A stretch of 63,992 nucleotides of DNA, filler included, from Candidatus Woesearchaeota archaeon (GTDB lineage: Archaea > Nanobdellota > Nanobdellia > Woesearchaeales > B72-G16), in NCBI GenBank assembly GCA_003650545.1. It is 4 parts of 4 records of this genome, joined end to end, with 100 filler letters (N's around TTAATTAATTAA, not from the genome) between each part and the next. Parts side by side here need not be neighbours in the genome. Positions count along the whole stretch, not along the records: positions 1 to 20,506 come from QMQO01000023.1; positions 20,607 to 40,663 come from QMQO01000024.1; 2 more parts are not named here. One strand, given 5' to 3'. Position numbers and translations under genes: made by a program. Positions 11,087 to 22,028 of this stretch are shown here, one piece after another. The first letter of the stretch is position 1, and the number at the start of each line of letters is the position of its first letter. The notes under the pieces were generated by a model. That model was not told the origin of the DNA. It was given only the letters and a program-made list of their open reading frames with translations, and searched no databases.

Positions 11087-12108
11087 TCTTCCACTCCAGC
11101 AACCAAATCCTGAACTTCCTTGACCGAGAGCAGAAGTTGAGTTAGTTGATCCAGCGACAGCCTCTCTGTGTTATGGGAATTGTAGTCCAGACTGTAGGTG
11201 ATCTGTTCCTTCCCTTCCGAGAAGTAGGAGTCGTAGTTCAGGTCGCGATTATCCGGAGGGATTTGATAGCATTTACCCAAATCAACCGCGCGCATCATCT
11301 CTTCCCGGGTCAAAAGGGTCTCATATTGCTTCTCCCCATGGCGCGTCCCGATGATTCGGATCGGGTTGTCCGCCTTCAGGATCGCCTTGACAGCCTCTGC
11401 CAGCACCTCTATTGTCGCGGCGGGCGCCTTCTGAACAAAGATATCGCCCGGCTGAGCGTTCTGGAAAGCATACAACACCAGATCCACGGCATCGTCAAGC
11501 GACATCATGAAGCGGGTCATCGAGGGATCGGTGACGGTTAAAGGCTGCCCATCGCGAACCTGTCTCACGAACAGCGGGATGACCGAGCCGCGCGAGGCGA
11601 TCACGTTACCATACCTGGTCGCGCAGGCCACAATCCCCTTATGTGCCGCCACCCGCGCCTTGGCAATCATTATCTTTTCCATCATCGCCTTTGATATGCC
11701 CATTGCATTTATAGGGTAGACCGCCTTGTCGGTGCTGAGCACTACAATCTTCTTTACCTCATTTTTGATAGCCGCGTTGAGAACGTTCTCCGCGCCGATG
11801 CAATTTGTCATCAACGCTTCCATCGGATAGAATTCGCAACTCGGCACCTGCTTCAGGGCTGCGGCGTGAAAAACGAAATTCACCCCCGCCAGTGCATCCC
11901 GCAAGGCGCGATAATTCCGGACATCACCGATATAGAACTTCAACCGTTTGTCGACGTAATGCCGCCGCATGTCGTCCTGCTTCTTCTCGTCGCGGCTGAA
12001 GATGCGGATTTCCGGGATATCCGTCTTCAGCAGCCGCCGGCACATCGCATTCCCAAACGACCCCGTCCCGCCGGTGATTAGGATCACCGCTTTTCTGAAA
12101 TTCATCAT
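11083..12108 (-). CDS. fnlA: UDP-GlcNAc 4,6-dehydratase/epimerase (FnlA/WbjB/CapE)
   Basis: TGGTGSFG, FSRDEKKQ, AALKQVPSCEF and STDKAVYPINAMG. Start placed at the ATG overlapping the upstream stop. Confidence 0.92.
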   Translation of the reverse strand: MMNFRKAVILITGGTGSFGNAMCRRLLKTDIPEIRIFSRDEKKQDDMRRHYVDKRLKFYIGDVRNYRALRDALAGVNFVFHAAALKQVPSCEFYPMEALMTNCIGAENVLNAAIKNEVKKIVVLSTDKAVYPINAMGISKAMMEKIMIAKARVAAHKGIVACATRYGNVIASRGSVIPLFVRQVRDGQPLTVTDPSMTRFMMSLDDAVDLVLYAFQNAQPGDIFVQKAPAATIEVLAEAVKAILKADNPIRIIGTRHGEKQYETLLTREEMMRAVDLGKCYQIPPDNRDLNYDSYFSEGKEQITYSLDYNSHNTERLSLDQLTQLLLSVKEVQDLVAGVEE

Positions 12109-13274
12109 CGCTTTATCTTGGCTGTCTCTTCCAGTAGATTGAGGCATTTCTGAAATCGCTCTTTACTTGACCCAAAATCATTAAGTCTCCGCTCGCCTGC
12201 AGCGACCAATCTTTCAGCAAGTTCCAAATCAGAACTCACCGCAACAATCGCCTCAGCCGCTGACCGGGCATTGTCGGGAATGAAAAACATAGCCGCATCT
12301 TGGCAAATATCGCGCGCAAAATCAAGGTCAGTGGTAATTATCGGCCGTTTCATAGCCATCGCCTCAGGGTAGGTCGCAGTGAAAGTCTCCAGCAGCGTGG
12401 GCATAAATAGTGCATCGCATGAGCGATATAATGTCGGCCCCAAATGAACCGGCTGAGTTCCGATGTTGACTATGTCATCTTCAACGCCCAGCTTAACGGC
12501 CTGGGCTTGAATCGACCGCCATCCACTTGATTCTGATTCCAGGGTCAGGACGAAACAGTACTTCCGCTTCCCGTCAATTGCCTTCAACGCCGCCGCAACC
12601 TCAGGTATGGATTCCAGGTTTTTGTGCGAGTAATACGCGGTGAAGACCAGCAGACGGTATTCATCAGCAGGCCGGCCTCTTAAACCCGGATGGGTGTCAA
12701 GCTCTTTCTTCTGCGCCTCGAAGTAAATGTAAGAACAGCTATTCGGGATCACGAAAACATACTCCCTCGGCTTCCGAAGTCTCTTGGCCAGGCCCGCGGC
12801 GGCGACATCGGTTTCCGTTACCCAACGGTCCGCAAATCCCGCCCAGAATTGATTATAACGACACCACAACCAGAACCGCACTTTATTTCTTACGCCTCTG
12901 ATCTTGGACCAGGCCATCTTCGTCGGCAGCATCACCCAAAGGACATAATATCCCATTAGATGCGGCGCCAGAAATCTGATATATGCAGGACCACCAACTG
13001 TGAATACCACATCCGGCGCAAACTTATGCTCCAGCATCTTAATGGTCTTCCTCGATTCATGACCCGCAAACCACCAGGCTGGAGTGATTGGAATAATGGC
13101 CTTTCTAACGTTCGGGCACTTAGTCTTGAAAGAGATATTCGTTTCAACCTGAGGTGAAGTCAAAAACAACCACTGATGATCGCCCCCCCATTCAACCACG
13201 CCGTTTATAAACTCCACCGCCTTTTGCACCCCCCCGCCGGTGCGAAGGTTGGACGCATTGACAAGGATTCTCAC
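12105..13274 (-). CDS. GT4 glycosyltransferase
   Basis: HKNL and PTLLETFTATYPEAMAM (EX7E) motifs. Confidence 0.88.
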   Translation of the reverse strand: MRILVNASNLRTGGGVQKAVEFINGVVEWGGDHQWLFLTSPQVETNISFKTKCPNVRKAIIPITPAWWFAGHESRKTIKMLEHKFAPDVVFTVGGPAYIRFLAPHLMGYYVLWVMLPTKMAWSKIRGVRNKVRFWLWCRYNQFWAGFADRWVTETDVAAAGLAKRLRKPREYVFVIPNSCSYIYFEAQKKELDTHPGLRGRPADEYRLLVFTAYYSHKNLESIPEVAAALKAIDGKRKYCFVLTLESESSGWRSIQAQAVKLGVEDDIVNIGTQPVHLGPTLYRSCDALFMPTLLETFTATYPEAMAMKRPIITTDLDFARDICQDAAMFFIPDNARSAAEAIVAVSSDLELAERLVAAGERRLNDFGSSKERFQKCLNLLEETAKIKR

Positions 13275-14467
13275 TCCTTTAGCCTTTCTAATAAAGAACC
13301 ATACAAGGTCTTGCTTTCAAGCCAAGAGTTCATCTTGGCACGTTCAGGTCGGCTGATATTTCTATAACATTTTACCGCCTCTTCAATACATCTTTCAAGA
13401 CTACCTGGCTCACGAAGATTAAAATACATTCCTTGGTCTTTTTCGTTTATAATGTAATTACGACCTACGTTATCGCTCAATAAAATATATGCTCCGCTTC
13501 CCATAGCCTGCTGAATACTATTTGAAACAGTACTAAATATTACGATATCTGCTGCATTGTAAAGCGCATTCAAATAATCTTGATCCGCGATAGGAAGAGT
13601 AACTAAGCCTTTCCTGCCAAACAACAATTCTACTTCAACCTTGAATTTACTTGATACTGCCTCGTCCGTAAAACCCACGAGGACAAATCTCAAATAATCC
13701 CTGCCTTTTATAAATCTTGCCACTCCCTCTACCATTGGCCTCAGATAATATCTTAACTTATCCGCTCTTATCCTGGTTGAGGCAAGAAGCAGGACATCTT
13801 TATCCCTTATTCCGAATGTGGCTCTGGTCTGTTCCCTCAATGAATCATTATAGAACATTTTACTGCCGTCGTAGGAAAGGGGACAGTATAGCAACTTACC
13901 ATTGTTGCTTTCTGTCCCCCTATCAGAAAAAACTGTTTTTATTATCGCCTCCGTGTCAGGCGTCGCACAAATCACAGAGTCCGCTCTCCCAACAGCAGCC
14001 TTTATCACCGGTCCCCTCAGAAATCTCCATCCTATGGATTTAATTAAGTCCTTTATTCTTAAATTCCTATGGACTCGCCAATATCTATGCATATCCGCAC
14101 ACTCGCCATTGAAAACAACCAGCTTTGTTCGATCATTCATCTTTCTCTTATACCTAAACGCGTCCAATCCAAAATATTGCGTATATCCTATCAATAAAAT
14201 TAGTTCCGGCGCGAACTCGTCAAGCAGAGAATAAATCAAACCGCGCTTTATTCTGACAATATTGAACGGTAGCCTGACCGCCTTTAACCTCACCAATCCC
14301 TCACCATACATATCTTTATCTGATATTTCATTCTGCAAATCTTTGTGCTTTAAATCCGTTGTGACAATCAGCAACTCGTGTCCCAGCGCCAAAGATACAT
14401 CCGCCCAGTGGTTCTCCTGATACCCCCTTCCAGTTATGAAATTAGCTGTTAACAAACATATTTTCAT
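13271..14467 (-). CDS. GT4-like glycosyltransferase
   Basis: GYQEN N-terminal motif, LYNAADI and QAMGSG. Start placed at MKICLL, overlapping the upstream stop. Confidence 0.7.
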   Translation of the reverse strand: MKICLLTANFITGRGYQENHWADVSLALGHELLIVTTDLKHKDLQNEISDKDMYGEGLVRLKAVRLPFNIVRIKRGLIYSLLDEFAPELILLIGYTQYFGLDAFRYKRKMNDRTKLVVFNGECADMHRYWRVHRNLRIKDLIKSIGWRFLRGPVIKAAVGRADSVICATPDTEAIIKTVFSDRGTESNNGKLLYCPLSYDGSKMFYNDSLREQTRATFGIRDKDVLLLASTRIRADKLRYYLRPMVEGVARFIKGRDYLRFVLVGFTDEAVSSKFKVEVELLFGRKGLVTLPIADQDYLNALYNAADIVIFSTVSNSIQQAMGSGAYILLSDNVGRNYIINEKDQGMYFNLREPGSLERCIEEAVKCYRNISRPERAKMNSWLESKTLYGSLLERLKE

Positions 14468-15759
14468 ACTCTTTTCCTGCTCACTTGAACATATTTGACC
14501 GTATTCTCGGGCATCGCACACAACGCCGCCAACGCAACCCAAAATGAAATGCCCGTGAAAATCGCCGTGAACATTGATCCATATTCCACAAGCATATTCA
14601 CAGAAAAGGCAACGAATATTCCAACACTAACAATAATCAAGTCACCAGATGCGCCTCCACCAATGGACTCCAACCTTCTAATTGTCAGCGCAACAACCTT
14701 TCCTATAAATATAAATAGAGCTATAATGCTGAAAATGCCGGTATAAACTATATTATCTATCATAAAATTGTGAAAGTATCTTGTATGTTCAAATGACAGT
14801 CCGGGAATATCTTCCTGCACAAATCCTATTCCTGTAAGAGGATATCGGGATACAATTTCCACCGCTTCCACCCAACGCTCCCATCTGCCGCTTGAAACAT
14901 TAGTTAAACCATCATAGGAGCTATCCCACCCGTAATAATCTATCCCCCGTAAATCGTAAAAGAAATACTTTATCAAATTCTCGCGATAGAAGACGATCGC
15001 CACAATAGTCAATAACAATAGTGCATAGCGGTATAACTTGTTTTTTCTTCTAACTATGAGATATATAACTACAATTGAAGAAGCCAACGCTGCAATGAAA
15101 CCGCCGCGGTTCTCAAGTATGCTTCCGCTGTAAATCATAGCAATAAAAGCCGACAGCCACGCGAATTTTTCCCTTGTATTCTTACTTTTAATTGCATAGT
15201 AACAGGCAATCGGAACGACGAAACCGATGGCCCATGACTGGCCGCCTCTTCGCCCAAAAAGCCCCCTCACATATCCTCTGTCTCCGGTTTCAAAGGACTG
15301 ATACTCACCCCAAATCTTGATATGCATAATGTCAAGATGAGCCACAAGAACTAAAACACAAGAAATAAATACCGGAACAACCATAAGTTTAAATGCCCTT
15401 TCAGCCCTATTCGGATTTGTTCTGAATATCATATACATATTTAGAAAAAGGGGAATCGTAATCAAATAGCGAATATATGCTTTCAAAGCCGTCCAATGTT
15501 CCTGCGCCAGGATAAATCCCGTTGCCGACAATAAGACGAATATAGCAAGCCATATGAATAAACCGCGAAACTCCTTGCCCGAATCAAGCCGAAATCCTCT
15601 TGACGCCAGCAAGACAATCGGCTGCAGCAAAAACAATAACAATATGCCGCTCTTAAATACTTTGAACTGATATGCAGTTATCCCCGGCAGCCAGACAATC
15701 GGAGAAAGTAAGAGCAAGGCTGTCAGGAGAAACGGCAAAGATTTAATTTTTCTTTCCAT
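14464..15759 (-). CDS. wzy: O-antigen polymerase/ligase-family membrane protein
   Basis: About 11 hydrophobic segments; NRGGF, SSGRWERW, PLTGIG and HN motifs. Confidence 0.75.
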   Translation of the reverse strand: MERKIKSLPFLLTALLLLSPIVWLPGITAYQFKVFKSGILLLFLLQPIVLLASRGFRLDSGKEFRGLFIWLAIFVLLSATGFILAQEHWTALKAYIRYLITIPLFLNMYMIFRTNPNRAERAFKLMVVPVFISCVLVLVAHLDIMHIKIWGEYQSFETGDRGYVRGLFGRRGGQSWAIGFVVPIACYYAIKSKNTREKFAWLSAFIAMIYSGSILENRGGFIAALASSIVVIYLIVRRKNKLYRYALLLLTIVAIVFYRENLIKYFFYDLRGIDYYGWDSSYDGLTNVSSGRWERWVEAVEIVSRYPLTGIGFVQEDIPGLSFEHTRYFHNFMIDNIVYTGIFSIIALFIFIGKVVALTIRRLESIGGGASGDLIIVSVGIFVAFSVNMLVEYGSMFTAIFTGISFWVALAALCAMPENTVKYVQVSRKRV

Positions 15760-15851
15760 CTAGCTCCCACAGACATATACAAGAATCAAACGATGATTTC
15801 ACAGACCAAGTTGCGCAACGAACACCCGAGCCATCGTTTTACAGTCAATCT

Positions 15852-16802
15852 CTATTTCTCCTTTATTTTGATTAACATATCTATCAGCGGTTTAGGCAAG
15901 TAAGTAATTAACAATGCAATGAACCACCTAAGAAAATATCTTCCGGGAGGGAAAGCCTTTCTCAAATAAGTTCTTGCTTCAGATATATGTTTATATTTCA
16001 AACTACGGAGAATCAGATTGGTATACCACATTGCACGAAATCCCAGCAAATCGCTTTTCCTTACTGAGTCTCGAAAGTCTCGCGATGCAAGCGCATAATC
16101 AATCGCTGCGATAACTTTACTATAATCATATATTGATTCACGTAAACGGCTTTTATTTTCTGCATCACCGTATATAACTGCCCCTGCACGTGTGCTGTAA
16201 GCAATTGCATATTTCAGCGCAATCCGGCAGGCTATATCAGCATCTTCACCTCTATCAAGGCCCGAATAGAAATCCCCAACTCTCTTAAATACACACTTTG
16301 GCACCGCAACTGATGAAAGACAAAATCTGCGATTACGAAATGATCGGAAATAATTCTCAAGAACTCCCTCCCAAATCGGTTCTTTTACCCCTATTCTTAT
16401 CCGCAGGTTCCTATTTGCAGCAATATAGGCAGTGCCAAATGCTCCACATCCAGGGTATTTAGCAAATAACCCCTGAACTGTCTTCAGAAAATCTGGCAAG
16501 TATTCATCGTCCGCGTCCAAAAAAGCAATTAACTCATTATCAGCTTCCTTAATCCCCCGGTTCCGGGCAGCACCAGGACCTGAATTCTCTTGGTTGATAA
16601 GCCTGATGCGCGGGTCGGTGTATTCCTGGACGACCTTCTCAGAACCGTCGGTTGACCCGTCATTGACGACGATGACCTCAAAGTCCTGATAGGTCTGAGA
16701 CAGCACCGAGTCCAGCGCCCGCTTGATGTGCCGCACCTTGTTGTAAAGGGGGATGACGACGGATATTTTAGGAACTTCAAATTGCGAAATAGACATCTTC
16801 AA
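15852..16802 (-). CDS. GT2 glycosyltransferase
   Basis: ISVVIPLYNK, VNDGSTD, ARNRG, FLDADD and GED. Confidence 0.93.
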   Translation of the reverse strand: MKMSISQFEVPKISVVIPLYNKVRHIKRALDSVLSQTYQDFEVIVVNDGSTDGSEKVVQEYTDPRIRLINQENSGPGAARNRGIKEADNELIAFLDADDEYLPDFLKTVQGLFAKYPGCGAFGTAYIAANRNLRIRIGVKEPIWEGVLENYFRSFRNRRFCLSSVAVPKCVFKRVGDFYSGLDRGEDADIACRIALKYAIAYSTRAGAVIYGDAENKSRLRESIYDYSKVIAAIDYALASRDFRDSVRKSDLLGFRAMWYTNLILRSLKYKHISEARTYLRKAFPPGRYFLRWFIALLITYLPKPLIDMLIKIKEK

Positions 16803-18028
16803 TTAGCATTGATTGCCTCTATTATATATTGTCTGGAAGCGTCGATAAGATTATCAAGTTCAATATATGATGTTTCATAATCAATCTCGTTGTGAACAAG
16901 GTCTTTTATTTTTTCTTCAATTGTTTTAATTGATAAATCACTGATAAACCGATCTGCAAGTTTGATCCTAAATAATAGGTCCTTTATCCTATGAACACGT
17001 GCGGAGTTAATCGGTAGTGTAACAAAACGCTTTTTATTCTTTATAGCAAAGCACGTTCCGTGGAAGCTATCTGTGCAAACAAAATCTGCATGTTTTATTA
17101 AGCTCAGCCATTGTAGGGGACCCGAATTAATAAGTCTCGCTCCTTTTATCGGATGAAGAACTGTTATAAACCGATGATATGGAAATACATCCCTCAAAAT
17201 ACTGATGACTAATTTGTAGCGATTTGGATTTTGCAGAAAGTACATAAACACATATGGTTGACCAATTACTCTAGGCGGTGTTATGTAGTCGTAATCTGCT
17301 ATTAAAGACGGATCTAATACTATCATTGGTTTGAAGTTGATCATGCTTGAAATTGTATCCTGACTTTTTTCGTCTCTCACAGATATTTTTGAAAATCCTT
17401 TGAGCAAAGATTCCACACTTTCCCTAAGTTGACCAAAATCGAATGTATCACCAACACTAGCTGCATAACTCACTCGTTTTGTGATTGCTCGATTACTCAA
17501 GAAATTTAGAAAATAAGATAAGTCATTTCTGTTGATATTAACATTCCACACTTGATCGCTCCCAACGAAAATACAATCAAATTCATTTTGCAGGCTTGAA
17601 AGTTGTTCTGAACGCAAGTATTTCTTCTCTGTCAGAGGAAGATATTCTTTTCGAAAGAGCTGGAATTTCTTGCGAAAATTAGTCAGTCGTTTGATTCTTA
17701 TTAAGGGCATAAAATATCTTAATATTTTAATCGTACTTAGGCCTATTCCTTCTTCACTGATAGCTATGCTGTCTTGTCGCCTATGAGTATTCTTGGTTGA
17801 AATAATGTCTTTATGAACAACTGAAAGAACTTTCTGCCAAGGCCGAATGAATAACCTCAATAATATTCTTGAGGGGTAGTATTGATTTCTCATCCATACT
17901 GGTATATAGTCAATAATACGAACGTCTAATCCCAAGTCTTTCATGACCTGACAAAGACCATAGGCCTGCAAGACAGCACCGTAATTATTCACTCCATGAT
18001 AGGTGAGTATACCTATTCTCTTATTCAT
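16799..18028 (-). CDS. Polysaccharide pyruvyl transferase family
   Basis: NYGAVLQAY, GSDQVWN, SYAAS, SVRD and TDSFHG. Start placed at MNKRIGILT. Confidence 0.88.
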   Translation of the reverse strand: MNKRIGILTYHGVNNYGAVLQAYGLCQVMKDLGLDVRIIDYIPVWMRNQYYPSRILLRLFIRPWQKVLSVVHKDIISTKNTHRRQDSIAISEEGIGLSTIKILRYFMPLIRIKRLTNFRKKFQLFRKEYLPLTEKKYLRSEQLSSLQNEFDCIFVGSDQVWNVNINRNDLSYFLNFLSNRAITKRVSYAASVGDTFDFGQLRESVESLLKGFSKISVRDEKSQDTISSMINFKPMIVLDPSLIADYDYITPPRVIGQPYVFMYFLQNPNRYKLVISILRDVFPYHRFITVLHPIKGARLINSGPLQWLSLIKHADFVCTDSFHGTCFAIKNKKRFVTLPINSARVHRIKDLLFRIKLADRFISDLSIKTIEEKIKDLVHNEIDYETSYIELDNLIDASRQYIIEAINAN

Positions 18029-18053
18029 TGCTTCATATATTTTGTTTGATTCC

Positions 18054-19076
18054 CTAATGAATAGATAGAATGTCCGACAGAGGACGCCTACAAGATTCCG
18101 CAACCATAACTTTATCCGGAATATGCCCCACGGCCAGCATAAAGATAAAGGACTCCGCATCAGGGATTTCGGCTCTCATGCGTAATTTTTTATCTACACC
18201 GGAGGAGAGACAGAGGTTCAGACAGCACGATCCGAGGCCGAGATGGTGCAACGCATATACCAGGGACATACCGAACATACCGCCGTCAATAAACGGTTCG
18301 TTCCGCTCTTTTATCCCTCCAAAGTAGTTCAGATCGCTGGTTACAATCAAAATAGTGTTTATGGTATGCTCAAAGCCGCGATTGCCGTTCTGTAACTCCA
18401 GCAACGGCTTACACTTCTCCCTCCCCTGATAACAATGCACCCGCCACGACTGCCTGTTGCATACAGATGGCGTCTTAAGACTGATCTGAACGGCTTCTTT
18501 TATCAATTCAAGCGACACCGGCTCATCCGTGAAGTTCCTGATGCTGTAACGTTCGCGGACGAATTCACTGAATGGCAACCTGCTGACCCTGGCAACCCTC
18601 TCCCGTGAAAATGGAATGGCACCGCCTCTATTCGTTTCCAAACCGCTGTCGGACATCTTCGATCTAAGACCCTCTATCTCGTCTTTCAACTGTCCGTCAT
18701 CAATCCCATTTCTCAAGTTGAAATCGTAGTAGGTTGACAACACGTTTGTTGAAACGCAGGTTATCTGGTCTGTTCCAAACCTGTCCAAATATGCCTTGGT
18801 TCCATCAACCAAATTGCGAACAACCTCCTTCCCATATCCTGCCCTCGGTGATGGCAGGGATAATCCCTTCTCAATTATGTGTGACCACATCATCAGTGCT
18901 GCTTGAAATGTATTCTTCCTGGAAAGGGCTGACCTTATGCCTGAGTGACGCAAAAATCGTACGTAGTCATAGTTATAACACCTTATAGAATGCCCTATCA
19001 GCCAAGCTATCCTCAATATCCGCAATATCCGCAATATAGGTTGTGGCAACATTCGCTTTATAAATTCTTTTGTCAT
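18054..19076 (-). CDS. Nitroreductase family protein
   Basis: RYSIRNF, TPSVCNRQSW and HIIEKGLS. Confidence 0.85.
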   Translation of the reverse strand: MTKEFIKRMLPQPILRILRILRIAWLIGHSIRCYNYDYVRFLRHSGIRSALSRKNTFQAALMMWSHIIEKGLSLPSPRAGYGKEVVRNLVDGTKAYLDRFGTDQITCVSTNVLSTYYDFNLRNGIDDGQLKDEIEGLRSKMSDSGLETNRGGAIPFSRERVARVSRLPFSEFVRERYSIRNFTDEPVSLELIKEAVQISLKTPSVCNRQSWRVHCYQGREKCKPLLELQNGNRGFEHTINTILIVTSDLNYFGGIKERNEPFIDGGMFGMSLVYALHHLGLGSCCLNLCLSSGVDKKLRMRAEIPDAESFIFMLAVGHIPDKVMVAESCRRPLSDILSIH

Positions 19077-19241
19077 TTGAACCCCATTGTTCTAAAGTTA
19101 GATAGGCTTAGCAATTTCATTTATTATTGTATGCCTTCAAGTTAAATTAGTAATATGAGTGCACACCTTGGCTAATGTCGTTGACCCGCACCTTCCCGTG
19201 CCGAGGACAAACACGTTCATATTACCATTCTCTCCTGCTTT

Positions 19242-20506
19242 TTAAAGTGTTGCCGGGCTCATGCCCAGCGCCTGTCTTATGATGGCGCCTGCGTTGTCCC
19301 TGAACTCCCGCCGCATCAGGCTCATCCCGGCGAACATCCCGAAGAACCCCAGCGCGAATGCTATATGCGCTGCGCCGCCCTCCCAGCCCAAGACATACTT
19401 GGGAACTGCTATCGCCGCCCCGCAAGTCACACTGGTCATCGCCGCCGGCGCCACCGCCTTGAAGAATCCCTTCATCGTCAGCGGCGTCCCCTTGAAACAC
19501 CACGCCAGCGAAGGAATAAAGAATATATAACAGAAGATAGTATAAGCCGCAGCCACTCCAACAATACTCCAATTGAGCCCTATAGCGAAAGACGTTACGA
19601 CACCAACCGCCTGTATCACCCAAATGGTAAGGTATCTTGATCCCAACCCGAGACTCAATAACGCAAGCCCGCGCACGTTTGCCACAGCCATTACGATCGC
19701 GGAGATCGCCAGTATCCTAAATACTGGTATCGCCGCCAGCCACTTGGGACCGAGCAGCAGTTTAATGATGAAGTCCGCCTCTATGAGGCAGTAGATAGAT
19801 ATCGGTACCGCTACGGTCGCAATTATCTCAAACAGTCGATACATATACCTAGCATAGCGCTGCGGGTCGTTCTTGATGGCGCTCAATGCCGGAATAGCAA
19901 CTTGGATTAGGGGTCCCCGCACTTGAGCGATAGGTTGCTTATAGAGATTGTGTGCCTTGGAATACAACCCAAGTAGATCCGCTCCCAGTATCCTACCGAT
20001 GAGGATCATATCCATATTGTTCTCTAATAATTGCGCGAACTTCGCTCCCGTGATGTATCCTCCGAACTTGAGCATCTTCCTAACGCCACTCCTTCGCTGC
20101 ATTGGACCCGGGATCCAGTTGCAATAGAGCCACATCTGTAGGATGCTCACCACCGACGTCGCCAGCGTCCCCCACACCAGCGCCCAATAGCGATACCCCA
20201 GATATGCCAGGATGATGCTCACCACCACCCCCACCAGAATGGAGCAGATTTGAATGGTGCGCTGCGCCTTGAACATCATATGCCGCTGCAGCAGGGCGTT
20301 GTGCTGCAGCGTCAAGCCGCTTAGGACGAAGTTCACCGATAGGAACGCCGTCACCGGCACCAACTCGGGGCGCTGGTAGAACATCCCCACCAGCGGCGCG
20401 CCCGCCAGGATCACCAGCCCCAGCCCCACGCTGATGATCACGTTGATCCAGAACATGGTGCTGATCTGCTCGCGGGTGATGCGCTCCTGCTGGATGGTCG
20501 CCATAC
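19242..20506 (-). CDS. wzx: Wzx flippase (WzxC-like), 5'-truncated by the contig end
   Basis: Multi-pass membrane protein with ALLQRHMMF, DMILIGR and LGLYSKA. Confidence 0.88.
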
Positions 20507-20606
20507 NNNNNNNNNNNNNNNNNNNNNNNNNNNNNNNNNNNNNNNNNNNNTTAATTAATTAANNNNNNNNNNNNNNNNNNNNNNNNNNNNNNNNNNNNNN
20601 NNNNNN
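20507..20606. other. Artificial contig linker
   Basis: 44 N + TTAATTAATTAA (stops in all six frames) + 44 N. Confidence 0.99.
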
Positions 20607-20680
20607 CAATAAAATTTCATCTAAACTATCGAATGAACATTGATATAAAATATAAATACTAGTAAAATATTCAACACATC

Positions 20681-21127
20681 ATGCCAGATTGTGAACTTTG
20701 TGGAAAAAAGAATTCTAATACAAGGGCGATGATTGAAGGTGTTGAAATGACTGTATGCAATAGCTGCGCAAGTCTTGGCAAAGTTCTCAAGCCCCCCAAA
20801 AAATTTATTGTTAAAAAAAGACCAGGGTTTACTGCAGAAGAAGAATCCAAAGAAATAATAGTTACAAATTATCCGAGCATAATACGGGGCGTCAGACAAA
20901 AACTGGGTTTAAGACAAAAAGAATTTGCCAAAATGTTGGCCGAACGCGAATCATTGATACAAGCTTTAGAATCAGGAAAAACAGAACCAAGCATAAAACT
21001 TGCAAGAAAGCTAGAAAAAAAGCTCAAAGTTAAATTAATAGAAGAATACAAAGAACAAAAAATGCCTAAAAGAAAAAAATCAAGTATGCTAATCATTGGA
21101 GACATTGTCAAAATAAGGAAACGATAG
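20681..21127 (+). CDS. mbf1: Archaeal multiprotein bridging factor aMBF1
   Basis: CELCG..CNSC zinc ribbon plus a Cro-like HTH. Confidence 0.9.
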   Translation: MPDCELCGKKNSNTRAMIEGVEMTVCNSCASLGKVLKPPKKFIVKKRPGFTAEEESKEIIVTNYPSIIRGVRQKLGLRQKEFAKMLAERESLIQALESGKTEPSIKLARKLEKKLKVKLIEEYKEQKMPKRKKSSMLIIGDIVKIRKR

Positions 21128-21179
21128 TATATATTAAACAACAAATATTCTTAAAAACTCCATTCATTTAGTTCGGTTG

Positions 21180-22028
21180 ATGAAAGATTTATTCAAGTTA
21201 CTAAGACCACAACAGTATTACAAAAATTTGTTGATTTTTGTGGCAATTATTTTTGCTGGGAAATTTCTTAATTTAAAACTGCTTCTAACAGCAATTTTGG
21301 GTTTTATCATTTTATGCTTGATCTCATCAGCGAATTATATCATAAACGATATAATTGATAGAAAAAGCGATAGCTTCCACCCTGAAAAAAGAAACAGACC
21401 AATTGCTGCAGGCAGAATTCCTTTTTCACTCGCCTTAATCTTTTCAATTTTTTTAATTTTGATATCGCTAATTGGTTCTTTTCTATTATCTCCTAATTTT
21501 TTCTTGATGGTCTTATCATTTTTCCTTTTAAATCTACTTTACTCTGTCGCCTTAAAAAAAGAACCTTTTTTGGACATAATTGCTATTGGAATTAGCTTCA
21601 TCCTTAGGGCAGTTGGGGGTGCGCTACTAGTAAATGTTATGATAACGCCCTGGTTAATAATTTGTGTATTTTTTCTTTCTCTTTTTTTAGCAACAGGCAA
21701 ACGTTATGTGGAAAAAATAAAGCTAGGAGAGCAGGCTGCAAAACATAAAGTTGTTTTAAAATATTATTCATTAGAAACTCTTAAATCATCTTTAATCGCG
21801 TTCTTATCTATCCTTATAGTGTCTTACACACTTTATTCATTTCTTGGGAGTCATAGATACATTATAATAACTCTGCCTGTTGTGATATATATATTAACAA
21901 CATACTTTCGATACATTTTACAGGCAAAGAGGATAGCTTCTAACATAGAATTAGTTTTCAAAAATCCAAGACTAGCAAGTGCAATTTTGGTTTGGCTGAT
22001 TTTAATCATAATCTTTATTTATCTCTGA
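21180..22028 (+). CDS. UbiA-family polyprenyl-phosphate phosphoribosyltransferase
   Basis: LRPQQYYKN, YIINDIID, HPEKRNRPIAAG and KRYVE. Confidence 0.85.
   Translation: MKDLFKLLRPQQYYKNLLIFVAIIFAGKFLNLKLLLTAILGFIILCLISSANYIINDIIDRKSDSFHPEKRNRPIAAGRIPFSLALIFSIFLILISLIGSFLLSPNFFLMVLSFFLLNLLYSVALKKEPFLDIIAIGISFILRAVGGALLVNVMITPWLIICVFFLSLFLATGKRYVEKIKLGEQAAKHKVVLKYYSLETLKSSLIAFLSILIVSYTLYSFLGSHRYIIITLPVVIYILTTYFRYILQAKRIASNIELVFKNPRLASAILVWLILIIIFIYL

Noticed and set aside
703..19794. Many short plus-strand ORFs in the track, and similar shadow ORFs elsewhere
   Set aside because: They are antisense or out-of-frame shadows of well-supported genes, with no motifs or RBS.
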